Shown here in pieces: positions 1 through 9,061 of a stretch of 64,000 nucleotides of DNA. The stretch is from an uncultured Bacteroidales bacterium (lineage in GTDB: Bacteria > Bacteroidota > Bacteroidia > Bacteroidales > UBA10428). Each line of letters opens with the position of its first letter. The stretch's first letter is position 1. The position numbers and the translations under genes were made by a program. The notes under the pieces were generated by a model, which worked only from the letters and a program-made list of their open reading frames with translations, ran no database searches and was not told the origin of the DNA. The DNA is taken from assembly GCA_963717995.1 (NCBI GenBank), contig CAVQXX010000015.1:1841857-1905856 (forward strand), written 5' to 3'.

Positions 1-578
1 TCGCCTGGAAAAGCATCAAAAATCATTTGCGGATGCAAAACGAAGCCATCCGGCTTGAACAGATCAAACTGCAACAGGAAAAGCTGGAGCGAAGAGAACA
101 GAAGATCACCGTGTTGAAAAATGAAAAACTTGAAGCTGAATTAGAACACAAAAGCAAGGAGCTGGCCAGTTCCACCATGGCGATTATCCGGAAAAATGAA
201 ATGTTACTGCAAATCAAGGCCGAAGTGGAAAATCAGAAAAAGAAACTGGGAAGTCAATATCCAAATAAATATGCTGAGCACCTCATCAGGATGATCAATG
301 AAAATATCAGCAGTGATGATGACTGGAAAATATTCCAGCAGAACTTTGATGTGATCCATGAAAATTTCTTCAGGCATATCAAAAGCAAATACCCCGAAAT
401 GACAACGCACGACCTGAAACTTTGCGCATTTATAAGGTTAAACCTGTCGACAAAAGAAATAGCGTCGCTCCTTAATATAACGGTGCGCGGGATCGAAGCC
501 GCCCGGTACCGTCTCAGAAAAAAATTCGGCATCACCGCCGAACAAAATTTAACGGAATTTCTGATTGGACTGAAATAG
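1..578 (+). CDS. C-terminal part of a LuxR/FixJ-type HTH regulator, 5'-truncated by the window edge. Probably the tail of a large Bacteroidota sensor-regulator.
   Basis: The frame is open back to position 3, so the start lies outside the window. A coiled-coil-like stretch (KLQQEKLERREQK...) is followed by the LuxR-type HTH 'LSTKEIASLLNITVRGIEAARYRLRKKFGI'. Stop TAG at 576-578. Confidence 0.7.
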   Translation, partial: AWKSIKNHLRMQNEAIRLEQIKLQQEKLERREQKITVLKNEKLEAELEHKSKELASSTMAIIRKNEMLLQIKAEVENQKKKLGSQYPNKYAEHLIRMINENISSDDDWKIFQQNFDVIHENFFRHIKSKYPEMTTHDLKLCAFIRLNLSTKEIASLLNITVRGIEAARYRLRKKFGITAEQNLTEFLIGLK

Positions 579-584
579 TGACAA

Positions 585-616
585 GCAACGAGTGACCGGC
601 AACGAGTGACCAGCAA
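585..616. repeat. 14-nt tandem repeat (GCAACGAGTGACC+N), about 2.3 copies, just after the stop codon
   Basis: gcaacgagtgacc occurs at 585-597 and 599-611, followed by gcaaaa. AGTGAC recurs three times, giving TGA in different frames. Confidence 0.8.
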
Positions 617-701
617 AAAATCCAGTTCCAATATTTCTTTTGACGTAAAACAACACCGAATATCCAAGTCAGAATATCGCTAACAGCCGGCAGAATAGAG
701 C

Positions 702-1412
702 CTAGAAAGATCCGTAAAGAGCATGCTCCTCCGAATTGCAATAGATGGAAGAGAAAAAATAAAATCCGTTGCGGTTGGTGATCAGCTTGCGCTGAAGATG
801 CAACACGGGATGTCCCGGTGGAACCTGGAGAAAATTGCAGATGCTTTCATCCGCTCTTATGGCACGGATGCGCTGCTCGCCACTTTTTACCTCAATCTGA
901 AATGATCGGCGAAGAATATCAAAAAGGGACTGGTCCTCAAACCTGCGGTTACAGAAGCGAGGAAGATTGATGTTGGGCAGGTAGTTCAAATCGTAAAAAA
1001 CAGGGATGTCATTCACCAGCCGGAGCCGTTCCAGATAAATGCAACCCGACTGGCGGAATTCGTCATTCAGCGGAAACATAAAATCTTCCGGCCATTGTAT
1101 AATAGCCGGTTTGGACAGAATTCTGGTCCTGAGATTGTGCTTGCCCAATGCTGAAGTGGTTCCGGATATCGATAATATCCCTATGCCAATGGGCGGACCA
1201 TTTACGATACTTCCCTTACCCTTGTGTTTTCGGATCATGCCCTCGTTCAGCATGGTATCCAGTGCATGCCGCACTGTTGGTCTGGTGATCCTGTACTGCT
1301 GGCAAAGGTCATTTTCGGAAGGAAGCAGATCACCAGGCCTGTAAACGCCATCCATGACCTGCTTTCTCAATACTTCATAAAGTTGCCGGTATTGTGGAAT
1401 TGAATTGCTCAT
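702..1412 (-). CDS. GntR/HutC-family transcriptional regulator (winged HTH plus UTRA-like effector domain)
   Basis: The ATG at 1410-1412 gives MSNSIPQYRQLYEVLRKQ... with the GntR wHTH 'LPSENDLCQQYRITRPTVRHALDTMLNEGMIRKHKGKGSIV'. The longer ORF-track start (1484) adds an implausible AT-rich leader. The gene is divergent from the E2/E1 genes. Confidence 0.85.
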   Translation of the reverse strand: MSNSIPQYRQLYEVLRKQVMDGVYRPGDLLPSENDLCQQYRITRPTVRHALDTMLNEGMIRKHKGKGSIVNGPPIGIGILSISGTTSALGKHNLRTRILSKPAIIQWPEDFMFPLNDEFRQSGCIYLERLRLVNDIPVFYDLNYLPNINLPRFCNRRFEDQSLFDILRRSFQIEVKSGEQRIRAIRADESICNFLQVPPGHPVLHLQRKLITNRNGFYFFSSIYCNSEEHALYGSF

Positions 1413-1432
1413 ATAAAAAAATAAGTAAAATA

Positions 1433-1448
1433 ACTTGTAATTACAAGT
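1433..1448. promoter_or_regulatory. Perfect 16-bp palindrome ACTTGTAATTACAAGT, a candidate GntR operator
   Basis: It lies 21 nt upstream of the GntR start, in the divergent promoter region. Half-sites recur as TTACAAGT (1527-1534) and ACTTGTAA (1584-1591). The GT...AC core is typical of GntR-family operators. Confidence 0.5.
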
Positions 1449-1510
1449 ATAATTAATATATTTGCGAAGACATAAACCGAACAATTATTTAGCGCTGTAA
1501 ATATAATAAT

Positions 1511-1518
1511 TAAATTTG
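1511..1518 (+). promoter_or_regulatory. Candidate Bacteroidota -7 promoter box (TAAATTTG = TAnnTTTG) for the E2/E1 genes
   Basis: Exact match to the TAnnTTTG consensus described for Bacteroides sigma-ABfr promoters. It sits about 100 nt upstream of ATG 1621, and the TTACAAGT half-site follows immediately downstream. Confidence 0.35.
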
Positions 1519-1620
1519 ACATATGTTTACAAGTTAACCATAAAATCTTAAGCAAGGAGTTTGATTATATATCCTTTATGGAAACTTGTAAAAGAATCGT
1601 TCATTTCAAAAAAAATAAAT

Positions 1621-2916
1621 ATGGCTGTTGCTGTTATTATGCCCCGACAGGGGCAATCTGTTGAAACCTGTATTATCACAGAATGGTTAAAGAAGAAAGA
1701 TGATCCTGTAAAAACAGGTGACATTCTTTTTTCTTATGAAACCGATAAGGCCTCATTTGATGGAGAAGCCATGGCAGACGGAGTGTTGCTGGAGATTTTT
1801 GCTGCGGCCGGAGATGAAGTTCCTGTTTTAACAAACATCGCTGTCATTGGCAACCCGGGAGAGGACGTTAATACTTTCAGACCAGGAGGATCAGCTAGTC
1901 CTGCAGCTGAAAGCTCCACGCCTGTGACCGAAACCGTAGCCACAGCCCCTACTGTTTTGGAAACACCGGTTACGGCTGCAAGTGATCAACGGATCAGAAT
2001 TTCCCCGCGGGCAAAAACCATGGCATTAAAAATGGGATTGAATCCTGCGCTGATAAAAGGTACCGGACCCAATGGCAGGATTATTGTCCGTGACCTGGAA
2101 AATCTACAGGGACAATCACAGGTGATTACGGCCACGGCTCAGGTTACTGCCTCTGCAAATGTTGCCTCAACTGCCACGGCTTCCGCTTTCAGTCAATTCC
2201 AGGGTGCAGCTCCAATCGGCGCATTTGAGGAGAAAAAATTATCGAACGTTCGTAAACTCATTGCCAGGGCAATGTATGAATCCATCAGCACTTCTGCCCA
2301 GCTCACCCATCATATGTCGGCTGATGTCCGGAAGCTTCTCGCCCTGCGCAGTCAGGTAAAGGCAGAACTCGATAAAGGAGGCAATGTGAATATCACACTG
2401 AATGACATGATCTGTTTTGCTGTGATCCGTGCACTTGAATTGTTTCCTGAAGTCAACACTCATTTTACAGGTACCAGCCTTCGTGAGTTTAAGAAGGTTC
2501 ACCTTGGACTGGCGGTTGACACACCTCGCGGACTCATGGTACCCGCAATTCAGAATGCAGATGATCTTTCGCTGAAGGGACTTTCAGCCCGCCTGCGTGA
2601 GGTGGCTGACCAGTGCCGTAAAGGAAATGTAAATCCCGAAATGCTGGCCAGCACCGCTGCCTCCTTTACAGTTTCCAACCTGGGAAATTATGGTGTGGAA
2701 ATGTTCACTCCCATTATTAATCTTCCACAGGTAGCCATTCTGGGAGTAAACACGATTATTTCCCGGCCGGCCGACCTGGGCAACGGGACATTTGGTTTCA
2801 TTCCGGTGATCGGTTTGTCGCTTACCTATGATCACAGGGCTGTTGACGGAGGACCCGCCACACTGTTCCTGAAGGAGATTAAAAATCAAATTGAAAATTT
2901 TAAAGAGAGTATTTAA
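1621..2916 (+). CDS. Dihydrolipoamide acyltransferase, the E2 component of a 2-oxoacid (pyruvate/acetoin/branched-chain type) dehydrogenase complex
   Basis: Start MAVAVIMPRQGQSVE at ATG 1621. Lipoyl-lysine motif 'ETDKAS', an Ala/Pro/Thr-rich linker, an E3-binding-like segment 'RISPRAKTMALKMGLNPALIKGTGPNGRI', and the catalytic 'DHRAVDG'. Confidence 0.92.
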   Translation: MAVAVIMPRQGQSVETCIITEWLKKKDDPVKTGDILFSYETDKASFDGEAMADGVLLEIFAAAGDEVPVLTNIAVIGNPGEDVNTFRPGGSASPAAESSTPVTETVATAPTVLETPVTAASDQRIRISPRAKTMALKMGLNPALIKGTGPNGRIIVRDLENLQGQSQVITATAQVTASANVASTATASAFSQFQGAAPIGAFEEKKLSNVRKLIARAMYESISTSAQLTHHMSADVRKLLALRSQVKAELDKGGNVNITLNDMICFAVIRALELFPEVNTHFTGTSLREFKKVHLGLAVDTPRGLMVPAIQNADDLSLKGLSARLREVADQCRKGNVNPEMLASTAASFTVSNLGNYGVEMFTPIINLPQVAILGVNTIISRPADLGNGTFGFIPVIGLSLTYDHRAVDGGPATLFLKEIKNQIENFKESI

Positions 2917-2924
2917 GAATGTAT

Positions 2925-2957
2925 AGTTTTTAACTTTTAGTTTTTAACTTTTAACTT
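2925..2957. repeat. AGTTTTTAACTTTT 14-nt tandem repeat (x2 plus a partial copy) in the E2-E1 spacer
   Basis: agtttttaactttt occurs at 2925-2938 and 2939-2952, followed by aactt. The repeat contains TAA and TAG. Confidence 0.8.
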
Positions 2958-2962
2958 ATATC

Positions 2963-5431
2963 ATGCCTAAGAGTCAATTCATCGATCCAAAAGATATCCG
3001 GAAAACAGGAAAAATTACATTTGGAACCATCCCGGTAAACCAATATAACAGGAATATTACCGATGAGAAAAAGAATTTTTCCAATGATGATTTTGTTCGT
3101 ATATATCGCGACATGGTCATTATCAGGGAATTCGAAAACATGATCAATGATATCAAAATTAAAAATGAGTACCGCGGTATTGCTTACAACCATCCGGGCC
3201 CTGCCCACCTGTCGATGGGACAGGAGGCTTCAGCAGTGGGGATGGCTTATGCTCTTACCGTAGATGACCTGATTTTTGGCTCACACCGTAGTCATGGTGA
3301 GATCCTTGCAAAAGGATTATCAGCAATCCACCAGCTTTCGGAAGATGCCCTCATGGAGGTTATGAAGAATTATTTTGGCGGCAAGGTTCTTGCCGTTGTG
3401 GAAAGAGATCATAAAGGAACTGTTCGAGAACTGGCGATCCGTTTCCTGCTTTATGGAACACTTGCTGAGATCTTTGCCCGTGAAAACGGATTTAATAAAG
3501 GCCTCGGCGGATCGATGCATGCCTTTTTCACTCCTTTCGGAGTATATCCCAATAATGCAATTGTGGGTGGATCAGGCGATATTTCAGTAGGTGCAGCGCT
3601 CTTTAAAAAAGTGAACGGCAAATCGGGAATTGTAGTCTGTAATATTGGTGATGCATCCATGGCATGCGGTCCGGTTTGGGAGGGAATTTCATTCGCCACC
3701 ATGGACCAGTATACCCAGCTTTGGGAAGATGCATACCGTGGCGGTCTGCCCATCATTTTCAACTGTATGAATAATCAGTACGGAATGGGAGGCCAGACCT
3801 GCGGCGAAACCATGGGATACGGCCTGGTAGCCCGGATTGGTGCAGGCGTAAATGCCGAAATGATGCATGCTGAAAGGGTGGATGGTTACAATCCGCTGGC
3901 TGTTATTGATGCCTTTAAACGCAAAAAGGCCATTTTGCTCTCTAAAAAAGGTCCGGTTTTACTTGATACCCTCACATACAGGTTCAGCGGTCACTCTCCT
4001 TCCGATGCCTCCTCTTACAGGAGCAAAGAAGAAGTAGAAGCATGGCAGAATGTGGACTCGATCATTACATACGCGCGAACTCTGAATGATGCCGGCATCA
4101 CTGCTTCGTCATCCCTGGATTCGATCAGGCAAAATATAATTGAGGAGATCACCGGCATTTTGAAACTGTCTATCGATGACAATCTCTCTCCGCGGTTAAA
4201 CCTTTCGATGAATCCGGATGCAATAGCGGAACTGATGTTTTCCAACGGATCAGTTGATTCACTGGATGATCGTAAGCCGGAATCCCTTATTCCCCTCGAA
4301 GAAAATCCAAGGGTAAAAAGTCTCAAAACCAAACAAAGGTTCTATCTCGACAAAGAAGGCAAACCCGTATCAAAAGCTAAATTATTCCAGCTCAGGGATG
4401 GCATATTCGAAGCCGTGATCGATCGCTTTTATAAGGATCCCACCCTGGTGGCCTATGGCGAGGAAAACCGTGACTGGGGCGGTGCTTTTGCCGTATATCG
4501 CGGACTTACTGAAGCTATGCCCTACCATCGCCTGTTCAATTCACCGATCGCCGAAGGTGCTATTGTGGGAACAGCAATTGGCTATGGCATGGCAGGAGGC
4601 CGGGTAATTGCTGAAATTATGTATTGCGATTTCATTGGACGCTGCGGGGATGAACTGTTCAACCAGTTGCCGAAATGGCAGGCCATGAGCGGAAACCTCA
4701 TCAAGATGCCGGTTGTTATCCGCGTCTCTGTAGGATCAAAATATGGTGCACAGCATTCACAGGATTGGTCATCACTTATTGCTCATGTTCCGGGAATTAA
4801 AGTGGTTTTCCCCACTACGCCATATGACGCCAAGGGATTAATGAACAGCGCGCTGCAAGGTACAGATCCTGTTGTGTACTTCGAAAGCCAGCGGATTTAT
4901 GATGTAGGCGAACAGTTCCATGAAGAAGGAGTTCCTGAAGGCTATTATGAAATTCCCATTGGGGATCCCGATATAAAACGCAAAGGATCAGATATCACCA
5001 TCCTTACAATTGGTTCAACGCTGTACATGGCTTTGAAGGCTGCCGACAAACTGCAGAATGAATACGGAATTTCAGCCGAGATTATTGATGCCCGTAGTCT
5101 GGTTCCGTTTAATTATGACCTGGTAATCGAATCTGTGAAAAAGACAGGCCGCATTGTGCTGGCCAGCGATGCCTGTGCACGTGGCTCGTATTTGCGCGAT
5201 GTTGCTTCCAACATAGCTGAAATGGGATTTGACTATCTCGATGCACCACCGGTGGTTGTTGGATCCCGCAATTGGATCACTCCTGCCTATGAAATGGAAG
5301 AATACTTCTTCCCCCAGGTGGAATGGATCCTGGATGCCATACATGAAAGAATTGTACCGTTGAAAAATCATAAGGTTACTTCTGATTGGTCGGTTGAAAC
5401 ACAAATGAAGAGGAGCCGGTTGGGGGTGTAA
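2963..5431 (+). CDS. Fused E1 alpha/beta subunit of a TPP-dependent 2-oxoacid dehydrogenase
   Basis: 822 aa. The N-terminal half resembles E1-alpha, with the TPP motif 'GDASMACGPVWE...FNCMNNQYGMGG' (GDG..NN type). The C-terminal half resembles E1-beta (transketolase-like Pyr and C-terminal domains: 'NSPIAEGAIVGTAIGYGMAGGR', 'IDARSLVPFNYD'). Confidence 0.9.
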   Translation: MPKSQFIDPKDIRKTGKITFGTIPVNQYNRNITDEKKNFSNDDFVRIYRDMVIIREFENMINDIKIKNEYRGIAYNHPGPAHLSMGQEASAVGMAYALTVDDLIFGSHRSHGEILAKGLSAIHQLSEDALMEVMKNYFGGKVLAVVERDHKGTVRELAIRFLLYGTLAEIFARENGFNKGLGGSMHAFFTPFGVYPNNAIVGGSGDISVGAALFKKVNGKSGIVVCNIGDASMACGPVWEGISFATMDQYTQLWEDAYRGGLPIIFNCMNNQYGMGGQTCGETMGYGLVARIGAGVNAEMMHAERVDGYNPLAVIDAFKRKKAILLSKKGPVLLDTLTYRFSGHSPSDASSYRSKEEVEAWQNVDSIITYARTLNDAGITASSSLDSIRQNIIEEITGILKLSIDDNLSPRLNLSMNPDAIAELMFSNGSVDSLDDRKPESLIPLEENPRVKSLKTKQRFYLDKEGKPVSKAKLFQLRDGIFEAVIDRFYKDPTLVAYGEENRDWGGAFAVYRGLTEAMPYHRLFNSPIAEGAIVGTAIGYGMAGGRVIAEIMYCDFIGRCGDELFNQLPKWQAMSGNLIKMPVVIRVSVGSKYGAQHSQDWSSLIAHVPGIKVVFPTTPYDAKGLMNSALQGTDPVVYFESQRIYDVGEQFHEEGVPEGYYEIPIGDPDIKRKGSDITILTIGSTLYMALKAADKLQNEYGISAEIIDARSLVPFNYDLVIESVKKTGRIVLASDACARGSYLRDVASNIAEMGFDYLDAPPVVVGSRNWITPAYEMEEYFFPQVEWILDAIHERIVPLKNHKVTSDWSVETQMKRSRLGV

Positions 5432-5435
5432 AGGC

Positions 5436-5463
5436 CGGTATTCGGTGATCGGTGATCGGTAAA
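5436..5463. repeat. CGGTRAT heptamer array (4 units) starting 5 nt after the E1 stop
   Basis: Units are cggtatt, cggtgat, cggtgat, cggtaaa. TGA/TAA recur with a 7-nt period. Confidence 0.8.
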
Positions 5464-5473
5464 TTAGAAATAA

Positions 5474-5558
5474 TTGTAGAGCCAGGGCAATGCCCTGGCT
5501 GTAAGGTCACCAGCACAGGAGAAAAATACTGTAGAGACAAGGCAATGCCTTGTCTGTA
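5474..5558. repeat. Two copies of a roughly 30-nt hairpin element (TGTAGAG-stem-AAT-stem-GTA). A third copy lies at 41819-41839.
   Basis: Copy 1 has stem AGCCAGGGC/GCCCTGGCT (5480-5500). Copy 2 has stem AGACAAGGC/GCCTTGTCT (5535-5555). Both have loop AAT, and the stem differences between copies are compensatory. Confidence 0.8.
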
Positions 5559-5587
5559 CGATTACCAACACGGATCAAAATATAGGG

Positions 5588-5657
5588 TAGAGTTAGTTTA
5601 AGTAGTAAGTTTAGTAGTTAGTAGTTAGTAGTTAGGAGTTAGGAGTTTGGAGTTGGG
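5588..5657. repeat. Degenerating AGTTAGT/AGTTAGG heptamer array (about 10 units)
   Basis: ...agtagttagtagttagtagttaggagttaggagtttggagttgggg. TAG recurs every 7 nt. Confidence 0.8.
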
Positions 5658-5679
5658 GCAGCCAGAGGGTGGCTGCCCC
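5655..5679 (+). terminator. GC-rich hairpin (9-bp stem GGGGCAGCC/GGCTGCCCC). Possible terminator or insulator between E1 and the PHP-like gene.
   Basis: The stem is perfect with a 7-nt loop and is followed by a weak T-rich tail (ttattaacaatt). It lies 29 nt before ATG 5708. Confidence 0.4.
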
Positions 5680-5707
5680 TTATTAACAATTAAAGGAAAA
5701 GCAAAAA

Positions 5708-6943
5708 ATGAAGTCGAATTTTCTTTCCACGTATCCCGATAGTCAGGCATTGCTAAAGATGACTCCTGCCAGTGAAATCCCACAGGTAAACGGTCATGTT
5801 CATACTCCTTATTCATTCAGCGCCTTTGAAAATATCGGACAGATATTTGAAATGGCACGCAAAGAAAAGATTGTGGCTGTGGGAATTAACGATTTTTTTG
5901 TATCCGACGGTTATGAACCCTTCTGCACAGAAGCTCTGAAAAACAATGTTTTTCCGCTGTTCAACATCGAGTTCATCAGTCTGCTAAAATCGGAACAACA
6001 GCAAGGGATCCGGATCAACGATCCAAATAATCCGGGTCGCTGTTATTTTAGCGGAAAGGGATTAAACTATCCTTTTTCGGTTGATAAATCCCTGGCTGAA
6101 AAACTCGGCCATATAGTGAGCCAGAGTCAGGAACAGGTAAAAGCCATGATCGAGAAATGCAATCAGTGGTTTACAGCAATAAAAGCAGACATACGGCTTA
6201 ATTACCCTGATATCCGCCTGAAATTTGCCAAGGAACTCGTCAGGGAACGTCATATTGCAAAGGCCATCCGTGTAGCGGTCTTCGAAACATTTTCAGGTGA
6301 GCATGAGCGTAAAACTTTGCTGACCCTGATATTTGATGGAAAAGAACCAAAATCAAACCTTACCGATATTCCTGCCCTTGACAATGAAATCAGGGGCAAT
6401 CTGCTGAAATCGGGGGGTAAGGCCTTTGTTGAAGAGGATGAAAATGCTTTCATGAGTTTAGATGAAGTAATAGAAATTATCCTGGCTGCCGGTGGAATTC
6501 CATGTTACCCGGTCTTACTTGATGATAAAAACGGCACCTATACCGAATATGAGCGCGATCCGGAAATTTTGTATAAAGAACTGGGCAAAAGGAATATAAA
6601 ATGCCTGGAACTTATTCCGGGAAGAAATGATGCCTCTCATCTTCAGCGTTTTGTGGAGTTTTTTCAGAAAAAGGATTTTGTTATACTCCTGGGAACTGAG
6701 CATAACGCTCCTGAAATGATTCCCCTAACCTGTGACACACGCGACAAAAAGCCTTTAAATAGCTATATCAGCCAAATTTCCTATGAAGGAGCCTGCGTGG
6801 TCGCCGCTCATCAATACCTGAAATCCAAAGGATTACACGGTTTTATCAATGAAAAGGGATTGCCTGATACTGCACGGAAATCTGAACTGGCTAAACTCGG
6901 CAGTGCTGTTATTCATTATACAAACGTAACCTATAAAGCATAA
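5708..6943 (+). CDS. PHP-domain-like metal-dependent phosphoesterase family protein
   Basis: N-terminal 'NGHVHTPYSFSAF' resembles PHP motif I (HxH..S) and a late 'GTEHN' resembles the C-terminal His motif. The stop is 2 nt before the next gene. Family assignment is by motif only. Confidence 0.5.
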   Translation: MKSNFLSTYPDSQALLKMTPASEIPQVNGHVHTPYSFSAFENIGQIFEMARKEKIVAVGINDFFVSDGYEPFCTEALKNNVFPLFNIEFISLLKSEQQQGIRINDPNNPGRCYFSGKGLNYPFSVDKSLAEKLGHIVSQSQEQVKAMIEKCNQWFTAIKADIRLNYPDIRLKFAKELVRERHIAKAIRVAVFETFSGEHERKTLLTLIFDGKEPKSNLTDIPALDNEIRGNLLKSGGKAFVEEDENAFMSLDEVIEIILAAGGIPCYPVLLDDKNGTYTEYERDPEILYKELGKRNIKCLELIPGRNDASHLQRFVEFFQKKDFVILLGTEHNAPEMIPLTCDTRDKKPLNSYISQISYEGACVVAAHQYLKSKGLHGFINEKGLPDTARKSELAKLGSAVIHYTNVTYKA

Positions 6944-6945
6944 AT

Positions 6946-8916
6946 ATGACTGACAAGTATCTTTCTGATCTCATCAGTATATCTCAGCATTTTGGTGCAG
7001 ATAAGGAATATGTCATTGCCGGAGGCGGTAATACCTCTTACAAAAATGACACCGACATCTGGGTAAAGGCAAGTGGTACATCCCTGCAGAATATCAGTAT
7101 AGCTGGTTTTGCCAAATTGCACCGGAGCCTTCTTCAGGAAATGTATACGAAGAAATACAGTCAGGAGGCCGATAAACGGGAGGCTGAGGTTAAGGCCGAC
7201 CTTTACAGGGCCTGCCATGAAGGAATTACCGTGCGGCCTTCGGTAGAAACCTCAATGCATGAGATCATCAATTATCCCTTTGTGGTTCATACCCACCCCA
7301 CCCTTGTGAATGCAATTACATGCTCAAACAAGGCGGAAGAAATAATCCTTTCGTTATTCGGCGATGAGGCCTTGTACATTCCCTGGGAAGATCCGGGTTA
7401 TATCCTGTTCGCCAAAATAAGGGATCTTCTGTGGGAATGGCGTAAAACACATTCGGCCGATCCGCAGATAATTTTCCTGCAAAATCATGGTGTTTTTGTG
7501 GCTTCCGGCACCACAGAGGATATTTTTGAAAAATACAGGAATATTGACTCAATCATACGCAAGCATCTTAAACAGATGCCTGATACAACCGCAATAGAAG
7601 TACCTGCGCAGATTGTGAGGATATTACCGGCCCTGCGAATGATCTTTTCCAGGGAAAACGCAAAAATAGCCGGCATCAGAAATAATCCGCTGGCACAGCT
7701 TTTCCTCAAAGACGCTGCCAGTTTTGCAAAGGTTGCCCTTCCGTTCATTCCCGACCAGATAGTGTATTGCAAGGCAAGAGCAATCTATCTTGAACAGGAT
7801 CAGCCCGAGGCAATCATTGCAGAATGCAACGCCAGGGTCACTGCATATGAAAAACAATACGGATATATGCCCAAAATGGTGGGCCTGAAGGGTTACGGAA
7901 TAATAGCCATTGAAGATACCTGGAAATCAGTGGATACAATGCAGGAGGTTTTTGAGGACTGGATGAAGATCAGCTTTCTGTCGGAAAATTTCGGCGGTCC
8001 TCATTTCATGAGTGAAAGGGATATCTCCTTTATCGATAACTGGGAGGTGGAAAACTACAGAAGACAGATCTCCAAATCAGCATCATCAAAAGGCAGGGCA
8101 GAAAATAAGATCGTTGTGGTAACCGGAGGTGCCCAGGGATTTGGTGCCGGAATCGCTGCACATATGATGAATGAAGGGGCCAACATGGTAATCGCCGATC
8201 TGAATGAGACTATGGGTAAAGAACTGGCTAATACCTTTAACCAGGGAAAAAACAAGGGGAAAGCAATCTTTGTAAAGACTGATGTATCCAGTGCCTCCTC
8301 CGTTGAAAACCTTATCACGGAAACAGTACGGAATTTTGGCGGACTGGATGTGTTCATCAGTAATGCGGGCATACTTCGTGCAGGCGGACTGGATGAAATG
8401 AGTCCTGAATCGTTTGAACTAATGACAAAGGTTAACTACAATGCCTATTTTCTATGTGCAAAATATGCTTCAGCCGTATTAAAACTGCAATCCACACAGA
8501 AGCCGGGATTTTTCACCGACATTATACAGATTAACTCAAAATCAGGATTAAAGGGCAGCAATAAAAACTTTGCCTATGCAGGAGGCAAATTCGGAGGAAT
8601 TGGCCTTACACAATCCTTTGCCCTTGAACTGATGCCTTTCGGTATTAAGGTGAATTCGATATGTCCGGGTAATTTCTTTGAAGGTCCATTGTGGAGTGAT
8701 CCGGAGACGGGATTGTTTGTCCAATATCTGAGAACAGGCAAGGTACCGGGAGCAAAAACGATCGAGGATGTAAAAGCCCGGTATGAAAAGCAGGTTCCGG
8801 CAGGCCGCGGCTGCAGGGTAGAGGATGTGATGAAAGCCATTTATTATGTCATTGAACAGGAATATGAAACAGGTCAGGCTGTTCCGGTAACAGGTGGACA
8901 GGAAATGCTTAGTTAG
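6946..8916 (+). CDS. Bifunctional class II aldolase/adducin-domain plus short-chain dehydrogenase fusion (rhamnulose-1-phosphate aldolase/lactaldehyde dehydrogenase RhaEW-like architecture)
   Basis: 656 aa. The N-terminal ~400 aa are class-II-aldolase-like ('FVVHTHP', 'QNHGVFV'). The C-terminal SDR has 'VVTGGAQGFGAGIA' (TGxxxGxG), 'NAG' and the catalytic 'YAGGK' (YxxxK). Confidence 0.8.
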   Translation: MTDKYLSDLISISQHFGADKEYVIAGGGNTSYKNDTDIWVKASGTSLQNISIAGFAKLHRSLLQEMYTKKYSQEADKREAEVKADLYRACHEGITVRPSVETSMHEIINYPFVVHTHPTLVNAITCSNKAEEIILSLFGDEALYIPWEDPGYILFAKIRDLLWEWRKTHSADPQIIFLQNHGVFVASGTTEDIFEKYRNIDSIIRKHLKQMPDTTAIEVPAQIVRILPALRMIFSRENAKIAGIRNNPLAQLFLKDAASFAKVALPFIPDQIVYCKARAIYLEQDQPEAIIAECNARVTAYEKQYGYMPKMVGLKGYGIIAIEDTWKSVDTMQEVFEDWMKISFLSENFGGPHFMSERDISFIDNWEVENYRRQISKSASSKGRAENKIVVVTGGAQGFGAGIAAHMMNEGANMVIADLNETMGKELANTFNQGKNKGKAIFVKTDVSSASSVENLITETVRNFGGLDVFISNAGILRAGGLDEMSPESFELMTKVNYNAYFLCAKYASAVLKLQSTQKPGFFTDIIQINSKSGLKGSNKNFAYAGGKFGGIGLTQSFALELMPFGIKVNSICPGNFFEGPLWSDPETGLFVQYLRTGKVPGAKTIEDVKARYEKQVPAGRGCRVEDVMKAIYYVIEQEYETGQAVPVTGGQEMLS

Positions 8917-8957
8917 TTGTGTTGTTAGTTGTTAGTTGTTAGTTGTTAGTTGTTAGT
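8917..8957. repeat. GTTGTTA heptamer array (about 5 units) starting at the stop codon
   Basis: ttgtgttgttagttgttagttgttagttgttagttgttagtg. TAG recurs every 7 nt, so it falls in all three frames. Confidence 0.85.
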
Positions 8958-8974
8958 GCAGATGCATTCATTTT

Positions 8975-8993
8975 CCGTGGATTTCATCCACGG
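8975..8993 (+). terminator. Hairpin CCGTGGAT-TTC-ATCCACGG, a possible intrinsic terminator of the aldolase/SDR gene
   Basis: Perfect 8-bp stem and 3-nt loop, followed by ttattgat. The T-tract is weak. Confidence 0.35.
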
Positions 8994-9026
8994 TTATTGA
9001 TATATGGCCTCTCCGGGGCCGTCACC

Positions 9027-9050
9027 ACTGCAAGACTGCAAGACTGCAAG
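9027..9050. repeat. ACTGCAAG octamer x3
   Basis: Three perfect copies. The same octamer family occurs at 28511, 36659 and 39286, and inverted at 43043. Confidence 0.85.
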
Positions 9051-9061
9051 ATCATAAAACA

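Noticed and set aside
254-667. 137-aa minus-strand ORF overlapping the LuxR-type regulator tail
   Set aside because: It is antisense to a CDS with a clear HTH motif, and it extends into repeat DNA.
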